Source of the DNA: an uncultured Acidobacteriota bacterium
GTDB lineage: Bacteria > Acidobacteriota > Thermoanaerobaculia > Gp7-AA8
DNA length: 64,000 nucleotides
Assembly (NCBI GenBank): GCA_963822445.1
Contig: CAWGHO010000001.1
Location: forward strand, 128,001 to 192,000
Direction of reading: 5' to 3'
Shown: positions 45,222 to 55,700 of the stretch, in pieces
How the letters are laid out: each line of letters starts with the position of its first letter
Numbering within the stretch: the first letter of the stretch is position 1
Made by a program: the position numbers and the translations under genes
Notes under the pieces: generated by a model
The model's database searches: none
What the model was told of the DNA's origin: nothing
The model's input: only the letters and a program-made list of their open reading frames with translations

Positions 45222-45458
45222 ATGGCAGATCCCAACGACAAAGTACCCGGCCAGGCGCCGGGCCGGTATTACGTGGATTCGCAGTGCATCGACTGCGATC
45301 TCTGCCGTGAAACATCGCCGAACAACTACACCCGCAACGACGGCGACTGCTTCTCGTTCGTCTACAAACAGCCCGAGACGCCGGAGGAAGAGATCCTCTG
45401 CAAGGACGCGATGGATAACTGTCCGGTGGAGGCGATCGGGAACGACGGCGGCGTGTAG
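45222..45458 (+). CDS. Ferredoxin
   Basis: CIDCDLC...CPVEAIG. Confidence 0.93.
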   Translation: MADPNDKVPGQAPGRYYVDSQCIDCDLCRETSPNNYTRNDGDCFSFVYKQPETPEEEILCKDAMDNCPVEAIGNDGGV

Positions 45459-45477
45459 TGTGGGCCTCCGGCCTACC
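45453..45477 (+). repeat. Single REP copy; supplies the ferredoxin TAG stop
   Basis: GTGTAGTGTGGGCCTCCGGCCTAC is identical to 17507-17530. Confidence 0.8.
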
Positions 45478-45496
45478 TCTGGGCGGAGGAACGCGA

Positions 45497-45925
45497 TCAG
45501 TGCAGCTTCTTGTCGACCGACACCTGGTCGTGCCAGTCGTCGGCGAGCAGGACCTCGATCAGCTCCTGTAACTCTTCCATGTGGAAGGGTTTGGTGAGCG
45601 CGGCGGTCATGTTGTTCCCCTTGGTGATGGTGAGGATGTCGCCCTTGCCGGAGGCTACGACGACGGGGGTCTGCTTGCCCTGCTGCTGGTACCAGGCGAT
45701 CCACTCCTCGCCGCTCATGCCCGGGAGGTTGAGGTCGAGGAGGATCAGGCGCGTATCGGGGTTGGAGTTGAGGAGGCTCATTCCTTCGACGGCGCCGGTC
45801 GCGGACAGCACTTCGTACCCGCGCTTCTGCAGATACGACTTGTAGAGCGCGAGCACCTCGGGATCGTCTTCGATCGCGAGGATCTTGTTGTTCGGATTGG
45901 ACTTGCTCGTTCGCGTCTCCAACAT
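45497..45925 (-). CDS. Single-domain response regulator
   Basis: IEDD, LLDLNLPGMSG and TKPF. Confidence 0.92.
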   Translation of the reverse strand: MLETRTSKSNPNNKILAIEDDPEVLALYKSYLQKRGYEVLSATGAVEGMSLLNSNPDTRLILLDLNLPGMSGEEWIAWYQQQGKQTPVVVASGKGDILTITKGNNMTAALTKPFHMEELQELIEVLLADDWHDQVSVDKKLH

Positions 45926-46004
45926 CGATACCTCCTGAAGGCCGTGTCTTGCGATTTCCATGCTAACTGCTGAGCCGCTCGGCAGCCGCTACAATCCGGT
46001 TCCG

Positions 46005-46272
46005 ATGGGTCTCGCCGTCTGGATCATTTCGGGTGTCGCCGCGTGGGTCGTGGCCAGGCTGATCCCGGTCGCCCGGGCGAAAGCATGGGTCGCCGAGCTG
46101 GCCCTTTCGTATCATCACCGCGGCCCTCCTCGGTCTCGCGGCAACAGCGGGAGACTTCGGCGGGTGGAAGGAACCGGACTGGCGGGCCGGACTCTTCGCG
46201 TTTTTCGGGGCCTTCACGGTGCGCGGAGTTTTCCGGCTCGTCACCATTTTCCGCCATCGACATCTACAATGA
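46005..46272 (+). CDS. Small membrane protein; one apparent frameshift (~46110)
   Basis: MGLAVWIISG... continues in another frame as IITAALLGLAATAGDFGGWKEPDWRAG. Confidence 0.55.
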
Positions 46273-46304
46273 AGGGCATCCCATTCGCCCCCGGAGGCAG
46301 CCCC

Positions 46305-46793
46305 ATGAAATCGATCGTTCTGGCTTTGTCGGCCGCTGTCCTTCTGTCGTCCTGCGCCGCATACCGCGCCCAGCACACCACGACGGACCTCAACACCACC
46401 CGCAGCGAAACCGACGCACGCAACGTGATGCCCGATCCGAAGGTCGTCGCCGCGTTCGAGTCCCAGCCGCTTGCCGTGAAGCAGGCCCTGCTGATCTCGG
46501 AGGTCGACCGCTACATCGACGAACTCAAAGCGAACGGGAAATACGACTGCTGCGTGAAGCCGGCCTGCCGCCAGTGCGCAATCAGCGCCGGCGAGTGCCA
46601 CTGCCGCGAGGTCATCGACGCGAACGGCCCCTGCTGCGGCGAATGCACGCAGTCGTGGGTGGAAGGCCGCGGCAACATCGCCGGCGTCGACCGCGAACAG
46701 GTCCTCGCCCACCTCGGATGCGTGCGCGAGCTGTACGAAAAGAAGGTTCCGGAAGGCGTGACCGCGCCCGGGCAGAAGAAGGATCAGGAGTAA
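46305..46793 (+). CDS. Cysteine-rich lipoprotein
   Basis: GGAGG RBS, LSSC lipobox, CCxxxxCxxCx6CxCx9CCxxC cluster. Confidence 0.8.
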   Translation: MKSIVLALSAAVLLSSCAAYRAQHTTTDLNTTRSETDARNVMPDPKVVAAFESQPLAVKQALLISEVDRYIDELKANGKYDCCVKPACRQCAISAGECHCREVIDANGPCCGECTQSWVEGRGNIAGVDREQVLAHLGCVRELYEKKVPEGVTAPGQKKDQE

Positions 46794-47098
46794 CGCGCAA
46801 CCGCTTCCCGCGCGATCCGCTCCACTTCCTTCAGATCCACGCCGCGCGCGTTCGTCACCTCGCCGAGCGCGCGCAGTCCTTCCTTCAAACGCTCCACCGC
46901 CGCTCGCCGCTGGCCGCGGGCGATGTGATGCATGCCCGTGCTGATCTGGAGCATGAGGCGCACGAGCGGAACCTCGTCGCGCACGGCTTCGAAGTAGAGC
47001 TCTTCGAACAGATCGCTGGCCTCGAGCCAGTCGCGGGCGTCGAAGTGCTCGCGGGCCGCGGCGAAACGGGGATCGTCCTCGAGCGGCGGTTGGAGCAT
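46784..47098 (-). CDS. DUF309-family protein
   Basis: FDARDWLEASDLFEELY and LMLQISTGMHH. Confidence 0.75.
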   Translation of the reverse strand: MLQPPLEDDPRFAAAREHFDARDWLEASDLFEELYFEAVRDEVPLVRLMLQISTGMHHIARGQRRAAVERLKEGLRALGEVTNARGVDLKEVERIAREAVARYS

Positions 47099-47111
47099 GA
47101 GGCGATCTTAC

Positions 47112-47210
47112 GTGGGGCGGGCGTCCCGCCCGCATCGCGCGGGGCATCCTGCCCCGCGCTGCCCGCCGGGCGACACGCCCAGCGGAACGCGGCCGGGACG
47201 GCCGCCGTAC
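47112..47210. repeat. Degenerate REP-like inverted pair
   Basis: GCGGGCGTCCCGCCCGC ... GCGGCCGGGACGGCCGC plus internal GC hairpins. Confidence 0.55.
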
Positions 47211-47228
47211 GCGCTTACCATTCCCCGC

Positions 47229-48095
47229 GTGATCCGCGCGCTCGCGATCCTGATCCTCCTCCCCCTCAACCTCCTCCTCTGGGGCGCGCCCATCCTCCTC
47301 GGCGGCCTGGTCAAGTTATTGACCTTCGGCGCGGCGCGCCGACGGGTCATCGTCGTTCTGGTCTGGCTGGCCGAGCGATGGTCGATGTGCAACAACCTCG
47401 TCTTCGATGCCTTGCTCGATACGCGGTGGCACATCGAAGGTGCAGAGAACTTCGACCGCCAGGGCCACTACCTCATCATCAGCAATCACACCTCCTGGGT
47501 GGACATCTTCGCGGTGCTGCGCGTCGTCCTCGGCAAGGGACCGTTCATTCGCTTCTTCCTCAAGCGTGCGTTGATCTGGTCGCCGATCGTCGGCCAGGCC
47601 TGCTGGGCGCTGGAGTTCCCGTTCATGCGGCGCTACGCGCCGGAGTACCTCGCCCAGCATCCGGAAAAACGGGGACGCGATCTGGAAACGACGCGGATCG
47701 CCTGCCGCCGCTATCGCAAGATCCCCGTCTCGATCGTGAACTTCGTCGAGGGCACGCGTTTCTCCGAGGAGAAGCATGAGGATCAGCAGTCACCCTACCG
47801 GCATCTGCTGCGGCCGCGCATCGGCGGCATCAGCTTCGTCATCGCGTCGATGGCCGAGCAGCTCGATGCCATGTACGACGTGACCCTGATCTACCCCACC
47901 CGCGACGTCAGCATGTGGCAGTACGCCACCAACCGCCTGCCGTGGGTGGAGATCCGCGTGCGGCGCATCGAGATCCCGGTGGAGTTTCACAGCGCCGCCA
48001 TCACCGAGCACGGCCCGGAGCGGGACCGCTTCAAGGCATGGGTGGAGCAGATCTGGCGGGAAAAGGACGAGATCATCTCCGCCGTTCTTGACTAA
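47229..48095 (+). CDS. Lysophospholipid acyltransferase (YihG/PlsC family)
   Basis: SNHTSWVDI, FFLK, NFVEGTRF and LLRPR. Confidence 0.9.
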   Translation: MIRALAILILLPLNLLLWGAPILLGGLVKLLTFGAARRRVIVVLVWLAERWSMCNNLVFDALLDTRWHIEGAENFDRQGHYLIISNHTSWVDIFAVLRVVLGKGPFIRFFLKRALIWSPIVGQACWALEFPFMRRYAPEYLAQHPEKRGRDLETTRIACRRYRKIPVSIVNFVEGTRFSEEKHEDQQSPYRHLLRPRIGGISFVIASMAEQLDAMYDVTLIYPTRDVSMWQYATNRLPWVEIRVRRIEIPVEFHSAAITEHGPERDRFKAWVEQIWREKDEIISAVLD

Positions 48096-48117
48096 TACCT
48101 TGGTACATTTGTACCAT
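48088..48117 (+). promoter_or_regulatory. Sigma70 promoter with overlapping palindromic operator
   Basis: TTGACT(48088)-N18-TACCAT(48112); TGGTACA-TT-TGTACCA at 48101-48116. Confidence 0.7.
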
Positions 48118-48123
48118 AATCAC

Positions 48124-48384
48124 ATGAACGACAGCATCCCCGTGGAGCGCATCCAGACCGGCGTGCGCATGGAAAAGCGGCTGGTCAAAGTCCTCAAGGG
48201 CCTGGCCGAGTACCACGACATGACCCTCGGCGACCTCCTCGAAGGCATCGTCCTGCACGCCTTCGAAGGCAAGAGTCCCTTCAAAAAGGAGTCGCTGCAG
48301 AAGATCGTCGAGCTGAAGAAGGTCTACGGTCTCGATCTCGACGCGACCGCCAGTCACCGGCTCACGGAAAGGAGGAAGTCATGA
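48124..48384 (+). CDS. Small ribbon-helix-helix-like DNA-binding protein
   Basis: RIQTGVRMEKRLVKVLKGLA...TLGDLLEGIV strand-helix-helix pattern. Confidence 0.7.
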   Translation: MNDSIPVERIQTGVRMEKRLVKVLKGLAEYHDMTLGDLLEGIVLHAFEGKSPFKKESLQKIVELKKVYGLDLDATASHRLTERRKS

Positions 48385-48767
48385 CCGACCGCGAGCTGAT
48401 GGACGCATTCGAGTCCTGCACGCTGGACCCTGCGCTCTTCAGCCATCGCCAGCACGTGCGCGTGGCCTGGATCTGTCTTTCCGAGGCGCCGCTGATCGAG
48501 GCTCTGACACGGTTCGTGGAGAGCCTCCGCCGCTTCGCGACGAGCGTCGGCAGTCCGGGGCTGTATCACGAGACCATCACCTTCGCGTTTCTGTTCGTCA
48601 TTCACGAACGGATGCAGGCCGGATCGGCGATGACGTTCGAAGAATTCGAGAACGCTAATCCCGATCTGTTCCGCTGGAAGCCTTCCATTCTCGACAGGTA
48701 CTACAAAGCGGAAACGATTGGCTCGGACCTCGCCCGGCGCACGTTCGTGATGCCCGACGCGCTGTAG
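48381..48767 (+). CDS. Hypothetical protein
   Basis: ATGA-coupled to the previous gene; FSHRQHVRVAW and YHETIT motifs. Confidence 0.75.
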   Translation: MTDRELMDAFESCTLDPALFSHRQHVRVAWICLSEAPLIEALTRFVESLRRFATSVGSPGLYHETITFAFLFVIHERMQAGSAMTFEEFENANPDLFRWKPSILDRYYKAETIGSDLARRTFVMPDAL

Positions 48768-48776
48768 GATTTCCCG

Positions 48777-49274
48777 ATGCAATTCCACATCGCCCAGATC
48801 AACATCGCCTGGATGAAGGCGCCGCTCGACTCGCCGGTCATGGCCGGGTTCATGGCGCGGCTCGATGAGATCAACGCCCTCGCCGAACGCAGCGAGGGGT
48901 ACGTCTGGCGGCTGCAGACGCCGGAGGGGAACGCCACCTACCTCCGCCCCTACGAGGACGAGCGCATCATCGTGAACATGTCGGTGTGGAAGAGCGTCGA
49001 GGCGCTGAAGAACTACGTCTACCACACCGCTCACGCCGAGCTGCTGCGCGATCGCAAATCGTGGTTCGAGCATGTGAAATCCGCCTACCTCGCGATGTGG
49101 TGGGTGCCGGCAGGACATCTGCCGGGAGTCGACGAAGCGAAGAAGCGGCTGGCTCATCTCGAAGAGCACGGACCGTCGCAGTTCGCCTTCACCTTCAAGA
49201 CGATTCATCCGCCCGACGAGGAGTTCCTGACGGGATTTGACTGGTCGGTGTTTCAGCCCTGCCCGGCGTCGTAG
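48777..49274 (+). CDS. DUF3291-family protein
   Basis: AQINIA, GYVWRLQ, NMSVW, WWVPAGH and GPSQFAFTF. Confidence 0.88.
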   Translation: MQFHIAQINIAWMKAPLDSPVMAGFMARLDEINALAERSEGYVWRLQTPEGNATYLRPYEDERIIVNMSVWKSVEALKNYVYHTAHAELLRDRKSWFEHVKSAYLAMWWVPAGHLPGVDEAKKRLAHLEEHGPSQFAFTFKTIHPPDEEFLTGFDWSVFQPCPAS

Positions 49275-49282
49275 AATCCATC

Positions 49283-49325
49283 TACGAAGTCTTTCGTTGA
49301 CATCTTACGAAACCTTTCGTATGCT
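49283..49325 (+). promoter_or_regulatory. Promoter with two BlaI-type operator palindromes
   Basis: TTGACA(49297)-N17-TATGCT(49320); TACGAA-N4-TTCGT(T/A) at 49283 and 49306. Confidence 0.8.
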
Positions 49326-49357
49326 CCTCCGTAGAACGACAACCGGAGGCACGATTC

Positions 49358-49747
49358 ATGGGCGACAAACCGATCCCCAGACCCACCGATGCGGAGCTCG
49401 CCATCCTGCGCGTGCTTTGGGAGCTTGGGCCCAGCACGGTCCGCGAAGTGCACGACGCCATGAGCCCCACCCACGACACGGGCTACACGACCGTGCTCAA
49501 GCTCCTCCAGATCATGATCGACAAGCGCCTGGTCGTTCGCGACGAATCCCAGCGCGCCCACGTCTACGCCGCGCGGGAAACCGAGCAGCGCACGCAGCGG
49601 CAGCTGATCGGTGATCTGATCGACCGCGCATTCGGCGGCTCGCCCGCCAAGCTGGTCATGCAGGCGCTTTCCGGAACCAAGGCGACGGCCGAGGAGCTGA
49701 CGGCCATCCGCAGCATGCTCGAGAAGATTGAAGGAGAGGCGAAATGA
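49358..49747 (+). CDS. BlaI/MecI/CopY-family repressor
   Basis: TDAELAILRVLW, YTTVLKLLQIM and FGGS. Confidence 0.93.
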   Translation: MGDKPIPRPTDAELAILRVLWELGPSTVREVHDAMSPTHDTGYTTVLKLLQIMIDKRLVVRDESQRAHVYAARETEQRTQRQLIGDLIDRAFGGSPAKLVMQALSGTKATAEELTAIRSMLEKIEGEAK

Positions 49748-51648
49748 ACGCGACGCAGCTCTTGACCGGACCTCTGGCCCAGGCGATCGGCTGGGCATTG
49801 CTGCATCTGCTCTGGCAGGCCACGATCGTGGCCGCAATCCTCGCCGCCGTGCTCGCGCTCATTCCGCGCCAGAGCGCGAACGCCCGCTACTCCGCGGCCT
49901 GCGGCGCGCTCGGCCTCGTGTTCGCCTTGTTCATCGCTACAGCGTGGAAGACGTATGACCCGGCAGTGGCGCCGGTGACGACGGCGCCGCTCACGGAATC
50001 GCAGGCGACGAAGATCACCGTTACCAACGTGCCGGTCGCACCCTGGCCACCATCGCCGCGGAAACGTGGCGCGACCGGATGATGTCGATGGTCGCCAGCG
50101 CGCGCCAGTCGCTTCCGATGGTCGTCGCGGTCTGGCTGTTCGGCGTGGTCTTCCTCTCTTCACGACTGCTCATCACCTGGATGCGCGCGCGCCGCCTCGC
50201 GGACACGGGGCAGCCCGCCAACATGTCAATGGCAGCGCGTCGCCCGCCGTCTCTCTAACGCCCTCGGATTACGCCGCGCGGTGCGCCTTCTCGAATCAGC
50301 GGCCGTCGAAGTCCCGTCGGTCATGGGCATGCTTCGCCCGGTCATCCTCCTCCCCGCCAGCACCCTCACCGGACTCACGCCCGCGCAGATCGAAATGGTC
50401 CTCGCGCACGAGCTCGCACACATCCGCCGCCATGACTTCCTGGTGAACCTGCTGCAGGCCGTGGTGGAGACGCTGATGTTCTACCACCCGGCGGTCTGGT
50501 GGATGTCGCGCCGCGTGCGCATCGAGCGCGAGAACTGCTGCGACGACATGGCCGTGGCCGTGTGCGGTAATCCGATTCAGTACGCGAAAGCACTCACCCG
50601 TCTCGAAGAGCTGCGTTCCGCGCCGAGTCTCGTCGTTGCCGCGAATGGCGGGTCGCTTCTCGATCGCATCCGCCGCATCGCCGGCGGTCGCGCCGAATCG
50701 ACTGCCGTCAGCGCACGCTGGGCCGCGGCGATGATCACCCTGGTGGTGCTCGCGGTCGGCGTCGGCATTCCGTCGCTCCCCGCCTTTGCGGAGCGCGAGC
50801 AGAAGGCCACCGAACCGGCGAAAGCAAAAGTCGACGTCACCGCGCCGGTCGAGCCTGAGGAAACGGAAGAAGCGGAGTCGGTCGACACTCCCGAGCCGCC
50901 CGAAGTCGACGCCGATTACGAAGCCGCTGTGGCCGATGTGGAGGATGAGGACGCGGACGACGACGAGGACTACAACATGGTCCCGGCGATCGCGCCCATG
51001 GCTCGCGCCGCCGCTCTGGCCGCAATCGACTCGGTCCGCGCCGCGCCGATGCCGATGCCCACGCCGATGGTTGCCGGAGTTCGCGCTCCGCGCGTTCCTC
51101 ATGCCCCACAGATCGCCTTCAACAACGACTTCGATTTCGACTTCGACGACAACGACGATGACGACGAAAACGACGACGAGAAAGGGAAGAGCGCGAAGAA
51201 GATCGGCTCCGAACGGCTCACCGTCGACGAATTGATCAGCCTTCGTGCGGTCGGCGTCACCCCCGAATACATCGATTCGATGCGTGCGATCTTCGGCGAG
51301 CTCACCGTCGGTGAGGTCTCCGGCCTCAAAGCCCTGGGCGTCTCCGCGGAGTACGTGCGGGAAATGCGTGCAGCGGGACTCGAAGTGAACAGCGCCGGCG
51401 TCGCCAAAGGATTGCGCGCCCTCGGCGTGAGCGGCGACTACGTTCGCGAGATCCGCGCCGCGGGCGTCAATCTCAAGACAGCCAAGGAAGCGCAGTCGCT
51501 CAAGGCGACGGGCGTGACCGTGAAGTTCGTCCAGCAGCTCGCGGCCGCGGGCTACACCAACCTGACGCCCAAAGAGATCTCGCGGATGGCGGCGGTGGGC
51601 GTGGACGAAGACTTCATCCGCGAAATGTCGAAGTACAAAAAGAAGTAG
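49744..51648 (+). CDS. BlaR1-like M56 metallopeptidase sensor with C-terminal helical repeats; two apparent frameshifts (~50060, ~50225)
   Basis: WALLHLLWQ, AHELAHIRR and ERENCCD; acidic linker; LxALGVxxEY repeats. Confidence 0.85.
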
Positions 51649-51679
51649 CCCGCTCACTCCACAACCAAGGAGACGAACC

Positions 51680-52663
51680 ATGAAGCGCACTCTGACGCTC
51701 ACGCTCGCAGTGTTTCTACTCGCGGCCGCCGCTTCGGCGAATGTGACCGGAAGTTGGACGGCCACGACCCAGGATGAGAAGGACGGCCGCATCCATCTCA
51801 ACATCACCCGCGGCCGGTTTCAGAACATGGGCAACACCTTCAACCTGGCCGCATTCAGCGGTCTGAGCGCGGCCCAGATCAACGCCCCTGCCCAGACTCC
51901 TGTGCAGTTCGACATGCGCCGCGAGGCCGGTCTGGTGTCGTTCGAAGGCGTCTTCCGCAACGGCGACGGCGCGGGCCACTTCACCTTCACCCCGAATCAC
52001 GGCTACGCCAACACGCTCGGCGCCATGGGCCTCGAGCTCGACCTGAACAAGCACGGCAAGGACCGCACCGACGAGGAAGACCTCTTCATCCTCGCCGTGC
52101 ACGACGTCTCGACCGAATTCATCCGCTCGATGCAGGCGGAAGGCTTCAAGCTGTCGCTCGAGAAGTACCTCTCCATGCGGATCTTCAACGTGAACACCGA
52201 TTACATCCGCGAGATGCGAGCCCTCGGCTACAAGGACATCAGCGCGGACAAGCTCATCGAAACGAAGATTCACCGCGTCACTCCCGACTACATCCGCAGG
52301 ATGCGCGCGGCGGGCTGGGACCTGCCGCTGTCCAAGCTCGTGGCCAGCCGCATTCATGGCGCGACGCCGGAGTTCGCCGAGGAGATGCGCAGGCTCGGCT
52401 ACGGGAACCTCGATCACGACGACCTGATCGCGTTCCGCATTCACGGCGTAACGGCCAAATTCATCGAAGAGATGCGCAAGCTCGGCTACGACAAGATCGA
52501 CGCCGACGACCTCGTGTCCATGCGCATCCATCGCGTGACGCCGGAGTTCGTTCGCGAGCTCGAAGCGGCCGGCTACACGAAGATTCCGGTCGACAAGCTC
52601 GTCTCGATGCGCATCCACGGCGTCGACGCGAAGTTCATCAAGAAGATGAACGACGTCGACTAA
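51680..52663 (+). CDS. Secreted protein with about six 35-aa helical repeats
   Basis: AAGGAG RBS, signal peptide, repeats like LVSMRIHRVTPEFVRELEAAGY. Confidence 0.85.
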   Translation: MKRTLTLTLAVFLLAAAASANVTGSWTATTQDEKDGRIHLNITRGRFQNMGNTFNLAAFSGLSAAQINAPAQTPVQFDMRREAGLVSFEGVFRNGDGAGHFTFTPNHGYANTLGAMGLELDLNKHGKDRTDEEDLFILAVHDVSTEFIRSMQAEGFKLSLEKYLSMRIFNVNTDYIREMRALGYKDISADKLIETKIHRVTPDYIRRMRAAGWDLPLSKLVASRIHGATPEFAEEMRRLGYGNLDHDDLIAFRIHGVTAKFIEEMRKLGYDKIDADDLVSMRIHRVTPEFVRELEAAGYTKIPVDKLVSMRIHGVDAKFIKKMNDVD

Positions 52664-52668
52664 CGAAG

Positions 52669-52766
52669 TGTCATCCCGAGCGTGAGTCGAGGGACCTGTG
52701 TGGCTGGGCGGCTCAAGACGCGTGCCGCCCGGCACCCCAGGTCCCTCGACTTCGCTCGGGATGACA
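52669..52766. repeat. MITE/palindromic element between convergent genes
   Basis: TGTCATCCCGAGCG..GTCGAGGGACCTG...CAGGTCCCTCGAC..CGCTCGGGATGACA. Confidence 0.85.
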
Positions 52767-52772
52767 TGCGAG

Positions 52773-55700
52773 CTACTTCACCTTCACGGCGGCGACATAC
52801 CGGATGTCGCCGCCGCCCTGCACCAGCCGGAACGGATGAATCTCCACCTGCCCGTTCCGCATGACCGTCACCACTCCCCGGCTCACACCCATCGGTCCCG
52901 CCGCGAAGTAGCGCACGCCGATGTGATACGTGCCCGGATCGACATTGCTCGTGCGGATCACTTCCGGCCCGAGGCCCTGGGTGATGTCTTCGTAGAGCGT
53001 GAGTCCGGACGGCGTCGAGCGGTTCTGGTAATAGCACTCCGCACCGCGTGGATCGATGACGTGCAGATCGACGTCGTTCGCATCGGTCTCCCAGGCCAAC
53101 GTAACGCGCAGCGCGTCGACGCGTAACAGATCGACGTCATGCTCGCGCGCGCGATCGGCGATCTCCGCGCGGCGCGATGGATCCTTCGCCTGCCAGGCGC
53201 GGTAGACGTAGGCGAGCTCCTCGCGGATGACCCGCTGCACGTTGCCGTACCACTGCGGGAAGGTCTGGCGCGTCGCCGACTCGAGCACGCGCGCGGCTTC
53301 TTCGACCTGTCCGTCCTGCCGGAGCATCAGCGCGAGATGCCGGTAGCCGTTCGCGCGATCCGGCCGCACTTCCAACGCCTTCCGCAGCGGCGCCTCGGCC
53401 AGTTTCGCGCGCTTCGCACGCAGCAGAAGAAGACCCGCGCGCTGCAACAGTTCCGTCTTCGCCGGAGCGACTTCGATCAGCGACGCAAACGCGCGGGCAG
53501 CTTCCGATTCCTTGCCGAGGTTGTCCGCGGCCATGCCGAGGACTTCGTAGACCTGCGGGTTTTCCGGGTCGTACGGCTGCCAGCGGAGCGCGACCGAACG
53601 CAGCGACGACCATTCGTTGTGCGCCGCGAGCGCCTCGCTGAGCTGGTTGTACAGCTCGCGATTCTGCGGCTCCGCTTTCAGCTTCGCCTCGAGCTCCGCG
53701 ATGACGGATCTCGACGGAATCTCGCGGCGCGTCCAATCGCGACGCTCGCGCTTCTCTTCGCGCGGCGGCGGAGGGGTCGGGCGCGGGGGTGGTGGAGGCG
53801 GTGGCGGCATCACGGACGGTGCGGCGATGCGCGGGGCTTCGGCAGCCATGGTGATAGTTTCCGAGACTGCACCGACCCGCATCGCATCGGCTTCCACTCC
53901 CGCTTCCTGAACCGAGTCCTGCACGAAGTCCACCGGCGGAGGAACCGCCGCCGGCTCCGGAACTGGCACAGGCACGGGCGCGGTCGAGGACTTCTGCCGC
54001 TCCATCGGAACAGGCATGGGACGCGGCGGACGCGGTGCACGCGGCATCGGAATCGGCTGCATGGGAGTCCGGTCCAGCCGTCCGATACCTCCCGCATCGA
54101 CGGTGAGAATCGCCGCGAGCGCACGCCGGTCGATTCCGAAACGCTGGTAATCCCACTCGCTCTCCAGCACAAGCATCGTGGTCCGCGGAATGACCACACG
54201 CTGCTCGATGCTGATCCGGACCTGCTCGGTCGCCAGCGCCTTCCGCACCGCTTCCGACGGCTCACTGGCTTCGCGCTCGGCCAGATACTCGAGATACGCG
54301 CGATAGGCCTCGCGTTCGAGCAGCGGCGCGAACGTCGATGCGGCGAGACGCGCCGTTGTGCGCGCGCCGGCGACCTCCGGCTCCCGTCCCGCTTTGACTT
54401 TGCCGAGGACGAAGATCTCTTCGCCGTTGCCGACGTCGTCGAAGTGCGTCGGATAGAGCCACTCGGCGGAAGGATCGGTCACGTCGACCGAGCCACCGAG
54501 CGGACGGCGGAGCTCAGCCGCGGCCGCGCGCGCGGCGCCATCGATCGCATCGGTGAACGGAACGCGGATCACCCGACCCCGCCCCGCGGTCAGCTTCTTC
54601 GCCACGGCGCCGTCTTCCCGGCTGCCGAGGACGAGCGCGTGCACGATGCCGCGGCCGGCGATCGATTCAATCTTCGTGTCGCCGAGGGTCGGGACGAGGT
54701 CGCTGGCGATGACGATGGCTCGCGAGGGGTCGTCACGAAGCGCGCGATTCGCATCGGCCACGACCGCGGAGAGGTCCGTGCCGCCGAGGAAGAGGCGGGT
54801 GCGGAGCAGGTCGCCGGCGCGGCGGGACATCTCCGCGGCCGTGCCCGAAGCGAGCGGCACAACCTCGTTGTCGAAGGCCACGAGCTGCACAGAATCCTGT
54901 GCAGGCAGTGCCGCCAGGGTCTTCTCGATGCCGCGGATCCGGTGAATCGCGCCTTCGGCCGAAGAGGCGGACGTGTCGACGTAGAAGCGGTAGGCGGTAG
55001 GCGGCAGGCGGTTCGCGGTGGAAACCGTGGGGCGGAGTGAGGCCAGGTAAAAGTCGCCGGCGCGAAGAATCTGGGGGCCGTCGGTTGCGCGCGAGGTCAG
55101 GACGATGTCGCGATCGGGAGTCCAGTCGCGCTCGTCGAACGACGTCACTTCCGCGCTGCTGGTGGTGAGCTTGCCGCGGGTCTCTTCACCCGGCAGCGGT
55201 GTGACGAATCCGCGGAACGTCAACTTGTTGACCTTGGGCAGACCGCGCAGCGGCAGGGCGTAGGTGCGGACGCCATCGCGGGCCGGCAGCAGTTGCGTAT
55301 ACGAAAGCACCAGGTGCACCGGCGCGTTGGCCTCGATCGGGAAAATGCGCGCCGAAAAGCGGTTCCCCTGATCCTGCTCGAGCAGCGCCGGATCGCGCAT
55401 CTGATGCAGGAACTGCTCGTAAACCTGATTGGCGCGAAGGCGCTCGACCACCTCCCCTTCCATCAGGTGCCCGTTCACGTCCTTGGCGAACCGGCTGATG
55501 GCGGCGTTCGGCGGCAGGGTGCAGGTGAAGCGGCCTTCGATCCGCCGCGCCTGCGGATTCCGGAATCGGAACTCCAGCTCCGTCAGCGAGAGCATCCCGT
55601 GGATGGCCACCCGGGCCGAGACTTCCTCGAGGATCAGCTCCTGCCCGTCGGGGTCGGCGAAGGTCACCGGCGGAGTGGCGGGCTGCTCGGAGACGGTGGG

